From Gammaproteobacteria bacterium (GTDB lineage: Bacteria > Pseudomonadota > Gammaproteobacteria > SG8-11): a stretch of DNA of 64,000 bases. Positions 1-9,433 of the stretch are shown here, piece after piece; within the stretch, counting starts at the first letter, position 1; each line of letters opens with the position of its first letter. A program made the position numbers and the translations under genes. The notes beneath the pieces were generated by a model that ran no database searches, had not been told where the DNA came from, and was given only the letters and a program-made list of their open reading frames with translations. The stretch spans positions 7,250-71,249 of the forward strand of contig JAHECY010000007.1 of the NCBI GenBank assembly GCA_024641505.1, in the 5' to 3' direction.

Positions 1-169
1 AGGGAATTCGACCCCGTCAGCGCACGCGTAGTATCTTATCACTGTCTATTAGAGAACGTTAAGAGATCTCCCGTGGCGTGGCGGCACTGAAATCGATTCG
101 TATGATTACCGCCAGCCTCGGGCGCAGCTTAAAGTTGACCTGTCCCAATGATGAGACATTGCGTGTGTC

Positions 170-487
170 TCACGAAACGATCAACAAAAGAGTAGCGACT
201 CCGTCCGAATCAGACTCTGTTCTGGCGATACCAAACATGTCATTCTGCAAGATGTTACTATAGTTATTTTCGTGAGCAATAATATTATAATTCGCCAAAC
301 CCTGTCCCGATGGATCCAGAAGCCTTACGGTCACAGCAATGCCGGCATCATTCATTTTCCAGTTGCTAGTCTTGGCACTTGACTCCGTGGTGGTAAACAA
401 CTCGGTTTTCACAGCCGCATACTGGATGTCCCCGCCATGGCTTGACCCTTGCAGGATGGCACAATAGTTGCCGGGAAACATTTCCAC
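170..487 (-). CDS. Hypothetical protein. It may be the frameshifted C-terminal part of the upstream lipoprotein gene.
   Basis: 105-aa ORF co-directional with 555..1073 and in a different frame. No recognisable motif. Confidence 0.2.
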   Translation of the reverse strand: MEMFPGNYCAILQGSSHGGDIQYAAVKTELFTTTESSAKTSNWKMNDAGIAVTVRLLDPSGQGLANYNIIAHENNYSNILQNDMFGIARTESDSDGVATLLLIVS

Positions 488-554
488 TGTATGCGTAATC
501 TGGTTGGTTGTGGAAACAATGTATGGATCGTAGGCATCGAAAAAACCGTAATCA

Positions 555-1073
555 TCATATAGATTGTATTATTACACCTTTTTTGTCAAACTGCGCAATT
601 AATAGTCCACCACCGAATCCTGCTGGAGTATCAATTGCGAAGGTATGCCGTTCTGCGAAATATTCGTAAAATTGTGTGTTAGTCTCGGTAACTTGGAGTT
701 CGTCCCTGTAATCGACCAGATCACGTACGGGACTGTTGTTGTCTTCGTCCATGCCATTTACAAATAGAAGATAATCACCGGCTGATACGGCCAAGCTTAC
801 TTTGCCATCGCTGTCCGTTGTGTCTGATGCAGCAATCTCCTTTCGGTTGTCGATTTTTATTTTGTATAAGGTGACTTCGGCACCATCCAAATTGCTGCCA
901 TCTGCGCGATGGAACAATAAAGTAACGACGGGAGTCATCGTCAGTTTCTTGTTGAGTGCCGATGCGAGGTCTGTTGTGACTTCCTTTCCGTTCGCGGAGG
1001 TGTGAGCTGAATCGGATTTGCCGCAAGCTACCAGCGATAGCGCCAATACCAATAGTACAATCTTCCCTAGCAT
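555..1073 (-). CDS. Putative lipoprotein
   Basis: N-terminal signal peptide with lipobox LVAC|G (MLGKIVLLVLALSLVACGKSD). No other family recognised. Confidence 0.45.
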   Translation of the reverse strand: MLGKIVLLVLALSLVACGKSDSAHTSANGKEVTTDLASALNKKLTMTPVVTLLFHRADGSNLDGAEVTLYKIKIDNRKEIAASDTTDSDGKVSLAVSAGDYLLFVNGMDEDNNSPVRDLVDYRDELQVTETNTQFYEYFAERHTFAIDTPAGFGGGLLIAQFDKKGVIIQSI

Positions 1074-1798
1074 GTGCCTCTCTCCTGATAGTTATTTGCT
1101 GCAGTCGCGCGTAATCGAGTCTAGCTTAAAGATCGAAGGTATGCTATAGCGTGCTTAACACGATGTATCCGAGTAGAACCCGTGTATGATTTAGGTATTA
1201 AAATATTCAGCTTAATATATTGCCTCTAACTGGCATTAAAGATATAGGGAGTATAACTCCCCCTTGCAGCTCGACCCGCAAGTATTCCACCATCAGCCCC
1301 ACCCGATACAACCCGGTTGCCCGCTATTTTTCCTGGAAGATCTGCGGAAGTAACCCGAACACGGTACTGAGAAGCAACTTTCTCTCCGCTGAATCAACAC
1401 GTACACCGCATTAGCCACCGTTGATAATCCGGTTAACCGAATAGGTAATGACTAAACGACGCAAGATTAGGCACCGGCAATCAGCAATCCCAAATAGTTG
1501 GCCAGCTGCCCACCATAGCGAGACGTATTCACAACGCCGCACATCACATTTTGGCACTTACCTAAAATTTCGTTATTAAAATTCCTGGTCATCGGGTTTA
1601 ATACTTTCTGTGAAAATGCTTAATCAACGCTATTTCCATCCTTAAATCACCACTTTCTTCAGCACTTTCTGTTGAAATATCAATCCTATCCTATTGATAA
1701 AACGCGAATTATTAAATTGTTGTGTCTAGTTGATTCTGTAGCTGATCACTCGCTTCTTCATATGTGTGCCCTGAAATATAGTTTATCTCATACTGGGG

Positions 1799-3007
1799 GT
1801 GCTACAGTCGTGTTCTCAGACCGAAAAACTGGCACCTATGCATAACGAACCGATACTGTTCATCGTATTCCTGATTTTCACCGGTGCGGCGGTGTTGGCC
1901 ACGATCGCGCTGTATGCCCGACAGGCACTGATCGTGTCCTACATCATACTGGGCGTGATCATGGGACCATCGCTGCTCGGCTGGGTCACCGATGCCTCGC
2001 TGATCAAAGGCGTGGCCGACATCGGTATCATGTTCCTGCTATTCCTGCTCGGCCTCAACATGCACCCGCAAAAACTGTTCCGGCTGCTCGGGTCGATCAG
2101 CCTGCTGACCGCGCTCAGTTCACTGACTTTCGGCGCCATCGGCGTCGCCACCGGCCAGTTGCTTGGCTACACCACCATCGAATCGCTGGTGATCGGCGGC
2201 GGGCTGATGTTTTCCAGCACCATTGTTGGCCTGAAACTACTGCCGACCACTGTGCTGCATCACCGCCATACCGGCGAGATAATGATCAGCATTCTGCTGC
2301 TGCAGGATGTCATTGCAATCGTTATGATGCTGTTTCTGCAGGCCGGCGGTGGTGAGCGCGTACTGCTTGCCAACATCGGCGGACTGGCGCTGGCGCTGGT
2401 CGGCATCAGCGTGCTCGCGTGGCTGGTGGAGCGCTATGTGCTGGTACCCTTAATCTCGCGCTTCGACGTGATCCAGGAATACATCTTTCTACTGGCGATC
2501 GGCTGGTGCCTGGGGCTGGCCGAGCTGTCGGTATGGCTGGGACTATCGCGTGAAATGGGCGCCTTCATCGCCGGCGTAGCGCTCGCCTCAAGCAAGATCG
2601 CGCTGTTCATCGCCGAAAGCCTCAAGCCACTGCGCGATTTTTTCCTGATCATTTTCTTCTTCACGCTCGGGGCGGCGCTCGATATCCGGCAGTTGGTCGA
2701 TGTGCTGGTACCGGCGCTGCTGCTGGCCGCGCTGCTGCTGGTGGTGAAGCCATGGGTGTTCCGCACACTGCTGAAGCGCAACGGCGAGACCACGCCGCGC
2801 GCCACCGAGATCGGTATGCGCCTTGGCCAGAATAGTGAGTTTGCGCTGCTCATTGCCGTGCTGGCGCTGGAAACCGGCGTGATCCGCAATCAGGCCGCCT
2901 ACTTGCTGCAACTCACCACTATTCTTACCATGATGGTATCGATGTACCTGATCGTGTGGCGCTACCCGACACCGATCGCGGTACGCGACGAACTGCGGCG
3001 CCACTAG
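1799..3007 (+). CDS. Cation:proton antiporter, CPA2 family (Kef/NhaP-like membrane domain)
   Basis: 402-aa polytopic membrane protein with Na+/H+ exchanger-type helices (GVIMGPSLLGW, FLLFLLGL). The real start may be the internal Met at about 1838. Confidence 0.7.
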   Translation: MLQSCSQTEKLAPMHNEPILFIVFLIFTGAAVLATIALYARQALIVSYIILGVIMGPSLLGWVTDASLIKGVADIGIMFLLFLLGLNMHPQKLFRLLGSISLLTALSSLTFGAIGVATGQLLGYTTIESLVIGGGLMFSSTIVGLKLLPTTVLHHRHTGEIMISILLLQDVIAIVMMLFLQAGGGERVLLANIGGLALALVGISVLAWLVERYVLVPLISRFDVIQEYIFLLAIGWCLGLAELSVWLGLSREMGAFIAGVALASSKIALFIAESLKPLRDFFLIIFFFTLGAALDIRQLVDVLVPALLLAALLLVVKPWVFRTLLKRNGETTPRATEIGMRLGQNSEFALLIAVLALETGVIRNQAAYLLQLTTILTMMVSMYLIVWRYPTPIAVRDELRRH

Positions 3008-3353
3008 GCCTGGCAGGATAACCTGCCCCCCCTGGAACAAGTGACAAGGCGAGTGCGCCAACCCCACCCTTTGGCACCTAAAGCCGTTTTTGTACCGCAA
3101 TTCCGATGGACGTGGATCCGCTGACTTCAGCCATCGAAGGTAGTGCAAGCTTTTCCGGTGTTGATGGCACTGCTGCACACATTCATAGCGGTGCCGCCGG
3201 CACCAATGCGCAGTGGTCAGCCCGTTGGTGGTGGACAACAGTGCCGGTACTGCAACTGCATCCATGGGGACGGTGCTGATAGCCGCCCAATATGCGGACT
3301 TGCCGGCCGGCAAGCTCTACATCAACTTGCACAGCATGGCCAACATGAACAGC

Positions 3354-3385
3354 AAAAAAAGAGAGGGCCCCAGCCCTCTCTTTTC
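3354..3385. terminator. Bidirectional rho-independent terminator between the convergent antiporter and nirK genes
   Basis: GC hairpin GAGAGGGC-CCCA-GCCCTCTC with an A-tract on one side and a T-tract on the other, just downstream of the nirK stop. Confidence 0.5.
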
Positions 3386-3410
3386 CAGCCATAAAGTGTA
3401 GCGTTGTGCC

Positions 3411-4355
3411 CTAGTGAACAATCATGTCGTCGCCCTTGCCGGCTTTTGGATCAGCATCGGGTTTGTTCATCAAAACTGTTATCGCACCACGCAATGCTGC
3501 ACTCATCCTATGATCAACAATAGCGTTATTGGTAGGTTTATCGGCCGGCGAAACAATATCGACGCTCACCGCTTCAGAAACAGCCAGACCGTAAGTAGCC
3601 ATATCAACCAGTTGATTTCGGGGATTGCCGTTGAGATAAACTCGATCCCAGATACCTGCTATTGGATGCAGCGCCACCGAATCATTGATATTTGCATTTA
3701 CGTAATGGATGCGTACGCGTTCACCGGGTTTGGATTGCAACACCAAGCTGGCATTCGGGTCATGCACGGGATCGTAGCGAAACATTTTGCCATTGATTAG
3801 CGAACCTTCCGATCCCTCGTTTTTCAGCATGGCCTTATAGTTGTCGGCATCCGGGAAGTACTGACCTTGCACCAATACATATTCACGATCCGGCTTGGGA
3901 AAGTTTTTACTGTAACCTTCCTTGGGGTCAACAATAATGACACCGTACATGCCACGCGCGATATGTTGCGCCATGACACTGGCACCACAGTGATACATCC
4001 ATACTCCCGCGCGCTTCGCCTTGAACTTGAAATGTTTGGTTTCACCAGGCTTTACCGGAGCAAACTCGCCCAACACATCGACCTCAGCCGCATGAAAATC
4101 CATGGCATGTGATTCTTTGTTGGTTTCGGGATTAATAAGCGTAAAATCAACAATATCGCCTTCCGTGACACGTACTACTTTACCGGGAATGGCACCATCG
4201 AAGGTCCATGCCGGGTATTGAGTACCTTTATTGTCGATTTCAATCATTTTTTCCATGGCCGTCATGGTGACTTCCACGGTCTTGGCCTGGACCACTTGTA
4301 TACTGGCCAGGCCCATCGCTAACGCAATGGTACTTACGGATAGTTTGTTATACAT
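3411..4355 (-). CDS. nirK: Copper-containing nitrite reductase (NirK-type two-domain cupredoxin)
   Basis: Signal peptide. Type-1 and type-2 copper ligand motifs HAMDFHAAE and YHCGASVMAQHIARGMYG. Last gene of a multicopper oxidase / cytochrome c / cytochrome c / nirK operon. Confidence 0.8.
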   Translation of the reverse strand: MYNKLSVSTIALAMGLASIQVVQAKTVEVTMTAMEKMIEIDNKGTQYPAWTFDGAIPGKVVRVTEGDIVDFTLINPETNKESHAMDFHAAEVDVLGEFAPVKPGETKHFKFKAKRAGVWMYHCGASVMAQHIARGMYGVIIVDPKEGYSKNFPKPDREYVLVQGQYFPDADNYKAMLKNEGSEGSLINGKMFRYDPVHDPNASLVLQSKPGERVRIHYVNANINDSVALHPIAGIWDRVYLNGNPRNQLVDMATYGLAVSEAVSVDIVSPADKPTNNAIVDHRMSAALRGAITVLMNKPDADPKAGKGDDMIVH

Positions 4356-4461
4356 AGCTTATCTCCCCCACCCTCAGGTGATGAATAGACATGAGTAGTA
4401 TCCCATCGAACACGCTCAATCGTCCGTAATTGAGGCTGTCAGCTATGCCGACAAATTCAAA

Positions 4462-4800
4462 TCAACCACACTGGCAAAGTTTTCTCAGATATTTGACTAA
4501 TTCATGAATCTCATCATCACTGAGAGTCGCACCCCAAGGCGGCATGAGCACTGATTTGTCGATGGCCAAGCCACCCTCCTTGATAACCTTGAACAAATCA
4601 GCGTCGCTACGCCCACCCATGGCTTTCGCGCTGGTATGATCACGGGGCTGCACGGACATGTCGCCCACATTCACACCCGCACCATTGCCTTGCATGCCAT
4701 GGCACTGCCAACAATAAGTTTTGTAATTGTCTTCCGCACTGGTCGCCGATACAGTTGATGAAACAAGTGCAAGCAGGAATAACAGGCTATTACTTTTCAT
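4462..4800 (-). CDS. Monohaem class I cytochrome c (NcgC-like)
   Basis: Signal peptide MKSNSLLFLLALVSS, single CWQCH haem site and a distal Met region (VLMPPWG). Start set at the internal Met at 4800 with a short overlap onto the upstream gene. Confidence 0.65.
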   Translation of the reverse strand: MKSNSLLFLLALVSSTVSATSAEDNYKTYCWQCHGMQGNGAGVNVGDMSVQPRDHTSAKAMGGRSDADLFKVIKEGGLAIDKSVLMPPWGATLSDDEIHELVKYLRKLCQCG

Positions 4801-5482
4801 CCGCGGCTCCCCTGGCCAACGCCACCAGATATTGCACGATCTTCTGAATATTCGGTTCCGCCGTGTGCTTGTTTGGCATCGGTATTTTAGGATTCCAGGC
4901 TTGCGGGTTGCGGATAAAACTGACGAGGTAATCTTCTTGCATACGCTTGGCGCCGGTATAAACTTCCGGACCTGACAGTCCACCAAAATCATGCTCTATC
5001 TGGTGACAGGCGAGACAACCATTGAACTTATCAAACACCATCTCGCCGGAGCTGAGGCTGATGTCTCCACCTTTGAAATCCCCTGCTGTTACCAGTGCCG
5101 ACAAGGCCGGTGGCTTTAGTTCGAGTAGCGCATCGCTTGCGGCTTTAGCATCGCTGGCGGCAAGGGCCGGATGCGGCGTCAATGTTTGCGTATCTGGAAC
5201 ATCCTGCTTGTCACCGGGTTTGATGTGTTGAAAATAGAGGTAACCCGCCGGGCGTAGCCGTTGCGGCTTGATCAGCCAGCTTTCCAGCCAGTCACGTTTA
5301 TATTTAATGCCCGCATAGAAAAGATCCGGGCCTTTGCGTTGCCACAATTCTGCCACCGTTTGCGCGGCGGGACCGCGCAGCGCGTGACAGCTTGCGCATT
5401 GTTGTTCGAGAATATCCTTACCATCGGCGGCTAACGCGGGTGCCGCAATCCATAAACCGATCAGCAACCAGTAGCGCTTCAT
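4790..5482 (-). CDS. Dihaem cytochrome c (NcgB-like)
   Basis: Signal peptide and two CxxCH sites (CASCH, CLACH). 230 aa. Confidence 0.7.
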   Translation of the reverse strand: MKRYWLLIGLWIAAPALAADGKDILEQQCASCHALRGPAAQTVAELWQRKGPDLFYAGIKYKRDWLESWLIKPQRLRPAGYLYFQHIKPGDKQDVPDTQTLTPHPALAASDAKAASDALLELKPPALSALVTAGDFKGGDISLSSGEMVFDKFNGCLACHQIEHDFGGLSGPEVYTGAKRMQEDYLVSFIRNPQAWNPKIPMPNKHTAEPNIQKIVQYLVALARGAADEK

Positions 5483-5484
5483 GA

Positions 5485-6606
5485 TTACTCCCTGTGGCGA
5501 CGCCGTTCTGCGGTCAACGGAGTACCCTGAAAACGCGGGCTGTTGAACAGGCCATAACCTTTGGTTATGGCCTCGCTAAAGAAAAAGTCGGGATCGAAAT
5601 TGACATCCTTCCATAGATACCAATCATCCACAGGGGTACCCGCATACTCCATCACGGTAATGGGACCACCGGGGAATTTACCGCGCGCCGTGACATGTTT
5701 GTCGACATGATCATGAAAAATAAAGCGCCCTTCTTTTTGGTTTGCCTCGATAATAGCGTCATACCGCTCGCCAGGACCGATGAGAATCGTGTCTACAGAA
5801 TATGGATTCGGCAACGGCAAGCCATCCTTATGAGTGATCAACATATCATGTCCATGAGAATGCATCGCGTGTATGCCGCCGCCTGCGCCGATAAAGCGCA
5901 CCCGCACCACATCGCCGGTCTTGATACGCAAGGGCTGGGTCATAGGAAAGGATTTGCCGTTGACTGAGAAATAGTCTTCGACATCACCAGGCGTAGAACC
6001 CGTGCCATATTTGTCGGCATTTGCGCTCTCCCAAGTGGACAGCATCATAATGGCCTCCTTGGTAACCCGCTTCTCTATGGGTAGTGGTTTCTTAGGATCA
6101 ACGATAATCGGCCCCCACATGCCCCGGATGCCAACATGTTCATTGACAGCGACATGGCAGTGATACCAAAGGCTGCCTATGCGATCCGCCTTCCAACTAT
6201 AAGTAAACGATTCCCCCGGTTCGATGGCCTTCTGCGTCACACCCGGGACACCATCGCTACGCCAGGAATTAGTTTGATACACTCCATGCCAATGAATGGT
6301 ATGTGACAACGAGGTGTTATTAGTCACTTGTACCACCACATCGTCACCCTCTTGCACATGGATAAGCGGACCGGGTACCTGTCCATTAAAGGCAAACACT
6401 TTATAACTGAGGTCAGCAGCGATCTGGATTTGCATTTCTTCGATAGTGAGCGCCATTTCGCGCTTTGCTGCTAATCCCGGAATAGCGACCAGCAATCCGC
6501 CCATCAATAGTAAAATACCGGCCAGGCGACGCTTATCTCTCGGTCGTCGACAGATTACAACTGATCGGGGTCTGTGTGAAATACATCCGCACCAACAGGA
6601 TTGCAT
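5485..6606 (-). CDS. Two-domain multicopper oxidase (blue copper oxidase, NcgA-like)
   Basis: Copper-binding HWHG and HCHVAVNEH...GMWG motifs. Tat-like RRLAGILLL N-terminus. GAGGAAA ribosome-binding site 9 nt before the ATG at 6606. Confidence 0.75.
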   Translation of the reverse strand: MQSCWCGCISHRPRSVVICRRPRDKRRLAGILLLMGGLLVAIPGLAAKREMALTIEEMQIQIAADLSYKVFAFNGQVPGPLIHVQEGDDVVVQVTNNTSLSHTIHWHGVYQTNSWRSDGVPGVTQKAIEPGESFTYSWKADRIGSLWYHCHVAVNEHVGIRGMWGPIIVDPKKPLPIEKRVTKEAIMMLSTWESANADKYGTGSTPGDVEDYFSVNGKSFPMTQPLRIKTGDVVRVRFIGAGGGIHAMHSHGHDMLITHKDGLPLPNPYSVDTILIGPGERYDAIIEANQKEGRFIFHDHVDKHVTARGKFPGGPITVMEYAGTPVDDWYLWKDVNFDPDFFFSEAITKGYGLFNSPRFQGTPLTAERRRHRE

Positions 6607-6669
6607 TCTGCGATTTCCTCTCTAGTCGTAAAAGAAAGAATAGTTCACATAAAATAATTATTGTTTAAA

Positions 6670-6715
6670 CGTGCATTTGAGATGCATCATTACATTGTTA
6701 AATATCCCATGTCAA
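6670..6715 (-). promoter_or_regulatory. Sigma70-like promoter (TTGACA-17-TAATGA on the minus strand) with an abutting NsrR-type operator palindrome
   Basis: Plus-strand 6671-6687 reads GTGCATTTGAGATGCAT (TGCAT-N5-ATGCA). This is near-identical to the enterobacterial hmp NsrR site AAGATGCATTTGAGATACATCAA as I remember it. It overlaps the -10 element. Confidence 0.5.
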
Positions 6716-7149
6716 CACCCTGTCTCTGTGTTACACCAGGGGAGGTTATGCTGTTATCGGTAACTCCACCAAACCCTGCCACCAATGAACGTAAAATCCA
6801 TGAGCCTCATGTCCCAAAAATATGAATCCCAATTCCTCACCCCAACCAAACATCATTGGCTCGGAAAGATCAGTGCCTAACGGAATTAATAAGCTACCAA
6901 TTGCAGTAGTCTCGCAATGAATACCGACAAACGACGCATAATATAGGCAAAGCAACCCACATTGTATTCACACAACAATTAATCCCATTAATTAAAAAAT
7001 TAGTTTTCCGTGAAAATGACAATGAATTCAGTTCAGTCCTCGCCCATACCGGCCTGACCTACTCCTTGTAATCGTATGGGACAGCCGACTGCTGCTATGA
7101 CCAGTTTCCGCCGTTACCTGGGCGAATAACGAATTTGTGGCATTGCCCT

Positions 7150-7929
7150 CTAGAATAAGTATGCATAACGAAACTGCCCTGATGACACGGCTTGCCGCTG
7201 CTTGAGCCCGGAACTGTATTCATACTCGAACCATTGATTTTTCAAACCCAAGGCAAACGCATTGCGGGAGTTTGGCGCAAATTGTACGTTAATCTCTGCA
7301 CCGCCCGCCAAACCGTCACCTTGCGCACCGTCGTTATCGCTGGTCTTCAATGGCAACAATCCCGCGGAGCCGAACAAACTCCAGCTTTCGGAAAAACTGT
7401 AGGTATAGTTGGCGCCAACACCGAGACCCATAATATTCGTTTTGTAATCGTCAGCCCACTTATTAGTGATAGTTTTAAGGTCTGCAAACAGCGATACCGA
7501 CCGCCAGACATAGTAGCCGGTTACCAAGTCGAGTTCAGTGCGGGCAATCGCGGTATCACCTTTGCGGTTGGTGGCGGTCGCACCATCCGGCCTGGCAAAA
7601 CCGGTCCCGGTAAAATTTATTTCGCCTGTTGCCGCGCTGCCACCAAGATAAAATCTCGCTTGTTGCCATTGCCAGGTCGCGCCCAACACATTACCTTCGC
7701 CGAAGGTGACTTTTTCGCCGTCGCTGCCCTGACCGCGTATTTCTGTGGTGAACCAGTTAAACTCCTGAAGTCGAATCCCGATACTGGTCCTGGCGGAATC
7801 CGCTGCAATAGCGTCACCGGCAACACCCGATGCAACGATCATCCACAACAAACGGCCCAGTCCCGGCATTTTTCCTCGGCCCATTGCTTTTATCGTATTG
7901 GTAGCAATACGTGCCACGATTGATTCCAC
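7150..7929 (-). CDS. Outer-membrane beta-barrel protein (MipA/OmpV-like size)
   Basis: Signal peptide (MPGLGRLLWMIVASGVAGDAIAADSA), alternating amphipathic strands and a C-terminal aromatic residue (…YAYLF). The start overlaps the upstream stop (GTG/TAG overlap), suggesting translational coupling. The true start may be an internal Met at about 7869-7884. Confidence 0.45.
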   Translation of the reverse strand: MESIVARIATNTIKAMGRGKMPGLGRLLWMIVASGVAGDAIAADSARTSIGIRLQEFNWFTTEIRGQGSDGEKVTFGEGNVLGATWQWQQARFYLGGSAATGEINFTGTGFARPDGATATNRKGDTAIARTELDLVTGYYVWRSVSLFADLKTITNKWADDYKTNIMGLGVGANYTYSFSESWSLFGSAGLLPLKTSDNDGAQGDGLAGGAEINVQFAPNSRNAFALGLKNQWFEYEYSSGLKQRQAVSSGQFRYAYLF

Positions 7930-8942
7930 TACAGCATCGGAAAAGGAATCATTGCGGCGCGCCTACCCGCAGGCAGCGCCGCTTCAGGTGCGGATCCGAC
8001 GTTTTGGCTGGAAGGTAATTTTACGGTTTCACTGTCACTGAAGTTACCGCCGGTGTCATGTTGGAAAATAAATTCGCCCAATTCATCACCTGCCCCCTGT
8101 AAAACACCGTTTTCCGGTACTTGATCGGTACTATTGGCAACGGCTTTCTCGACATTGTTGGATAGTTCGCTCAAGGTCATCATAGGCTTATGGTTGTTGG
8201 TCAATTCTGCGAGCAGAAAAAAGGTAAAGGGTGAATGCCCCGAATTCTGAAAACTGTCATCGACGAATTCAATACCACCGGCGGTTATAATCTGCACGCT
8301 TTTCTTGGCCGCGACTTTCCAGTAGTAGCGTTCCACTGCTGAATCTTGCCGCAATCCGCGCACGTCGGAACGCAACAAGCTGCCGCTGAAACAGGAATCG
8401 GCAATCAGTAAAGTATGTTGCGCCTTGCTGGCGATAATATTCATTTCATCGCGAATGATAGAATGTCGGATATAACTGCTGACATCAGTGCTATGGGCGT
8501 CCACCGGCACCCAGTAACCGCGCTGCGAGTCGCTTTCTAAAAATCCATGACCCGCATAGTAAACCAGAACACTATCGCCGCGCTGGACCTTGCGAGACAA
8601 ATCACCAAGCGCGTATAGAAGATCGCGGCGCTTCGCGTTTTCGAGCAACACTACATCGGTGAAACCATAACGGGATTTGAGAAGTTCGCCCATGGCGCGG
8701 GCACCCGTCACCGCGGTACGCAGGGATTGCCAATAATGGCCTGGATCCTGGTAGTCATCATTGCCTATGAGTAAGGCGCGGAAAGTTCCCAGCGTCAGTT
8801 TATCCTGAACTACGACGGCAGCTGACTCCAGATCAATACCACGATTTTCAGCGACACAGCAGGGCGTCAGTATCGTCAACGTCACCAGGTGTAAAATGAA
8901 ACGGGGCCATAGCATACAGTCTCTACTCACGACTAATAACAT
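7929..8942 (-). CDS. Secreted caspase-family (peptidase C14, orthocaspase-like) protein
   Basis: Caspase His/Cys dyad contexts YYAGHG and IADSCFSG. N-terminal signal peptide (MLWPRFILHLVTLTILTPCCVA). The ORF extends to 9002, but the start is placed at an internal Met. Confidence 0.6.
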   Translation of the reverse strand: MLLVVSRDCMLWPRFILHLVTLTILTPCCVAENRGIDLESAAVVVQDKLTLGTFRALLIGNDDYQDPGHYWQSLRTAVTGARAMGELLKSRYGFTDVVLLENAKRRDLLYALGDLSRKVQRGDSVLVYYAGHGFLESDSQRGYWVPVDAHSTDVSSYIRHSIIRDEMNIIASKAQHTLLIADSCFSGSLLRSDVRGLRQDSAVERYYWKVAAKKSVQIITAGGIEFVDDSFQNSGHSPFTFFLLAELTNNHKPMMTLSELSNNVEKAVANSTDQVPENGVLQGAGDELGEFIFQHDTGGNFSDSETVKLPSSQNVGSAPEAALPAGRRAAMIPFPML

Positions 8943-9433
8943 TATTATGCGACCCGGCGCTGGATTGCCGACCACGTTGACGGTCGACCTTCTGGAATCC
9001 AACTATGCGGGAACTCTCTTGTGCCTTGCGGCCTGCCACGTCGCACCCGCCCTGGGCATCCGACACCAAGTATTGCGCGCAATTATCGCACTGCGCCACC
9101 CGATTTGCCAATATCAATCTAGATCCTTAAGGGCTTTATCGATTTAAATATGTCCGCATCAGGCAATTAGTCTATCAGCTTCAAATGACACCCCATGGCT
9201 TGCCGCCTCATGTGCGGCAAGCAAATGGAATTATTAATGTGGAAAACGCAAAGATGACTCGAGGACAACGCCATATCGCTACATCAAACACACTCCGGCG
9301 GATACCATCCGACACCAATCCACAGAATCAGGGCAATCGTTATGCACAAATACCACTGGACATTATTTGTAAACATGATGATCACTGGTACCGCATTTGC
9401 AGGTGACACCACTTGTGCACCTCCGCGGAAGTC

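Noticed and set aside
1939-3313. Several long antisense ORFs (1939..2151, 2434..2889, 2588..3313) inside or after the antiporter gene
   Set aside because: They lie opposite a convincing polytopic membrane-protein gene in GC-rich sequence. They have no motifs and a biased Arg/Ala/Ser composition typical of antisense frames.
3143-3401. ORFs 3143..3394(+), 3183..3392(-), 3213..3401(+) in the convergent intergenic region
   Set aside because: They overlap one another and the bidirectional terminator hairpin, with no ribosome-binding site or domain. The region is better explained as 3' UTR and terminator.
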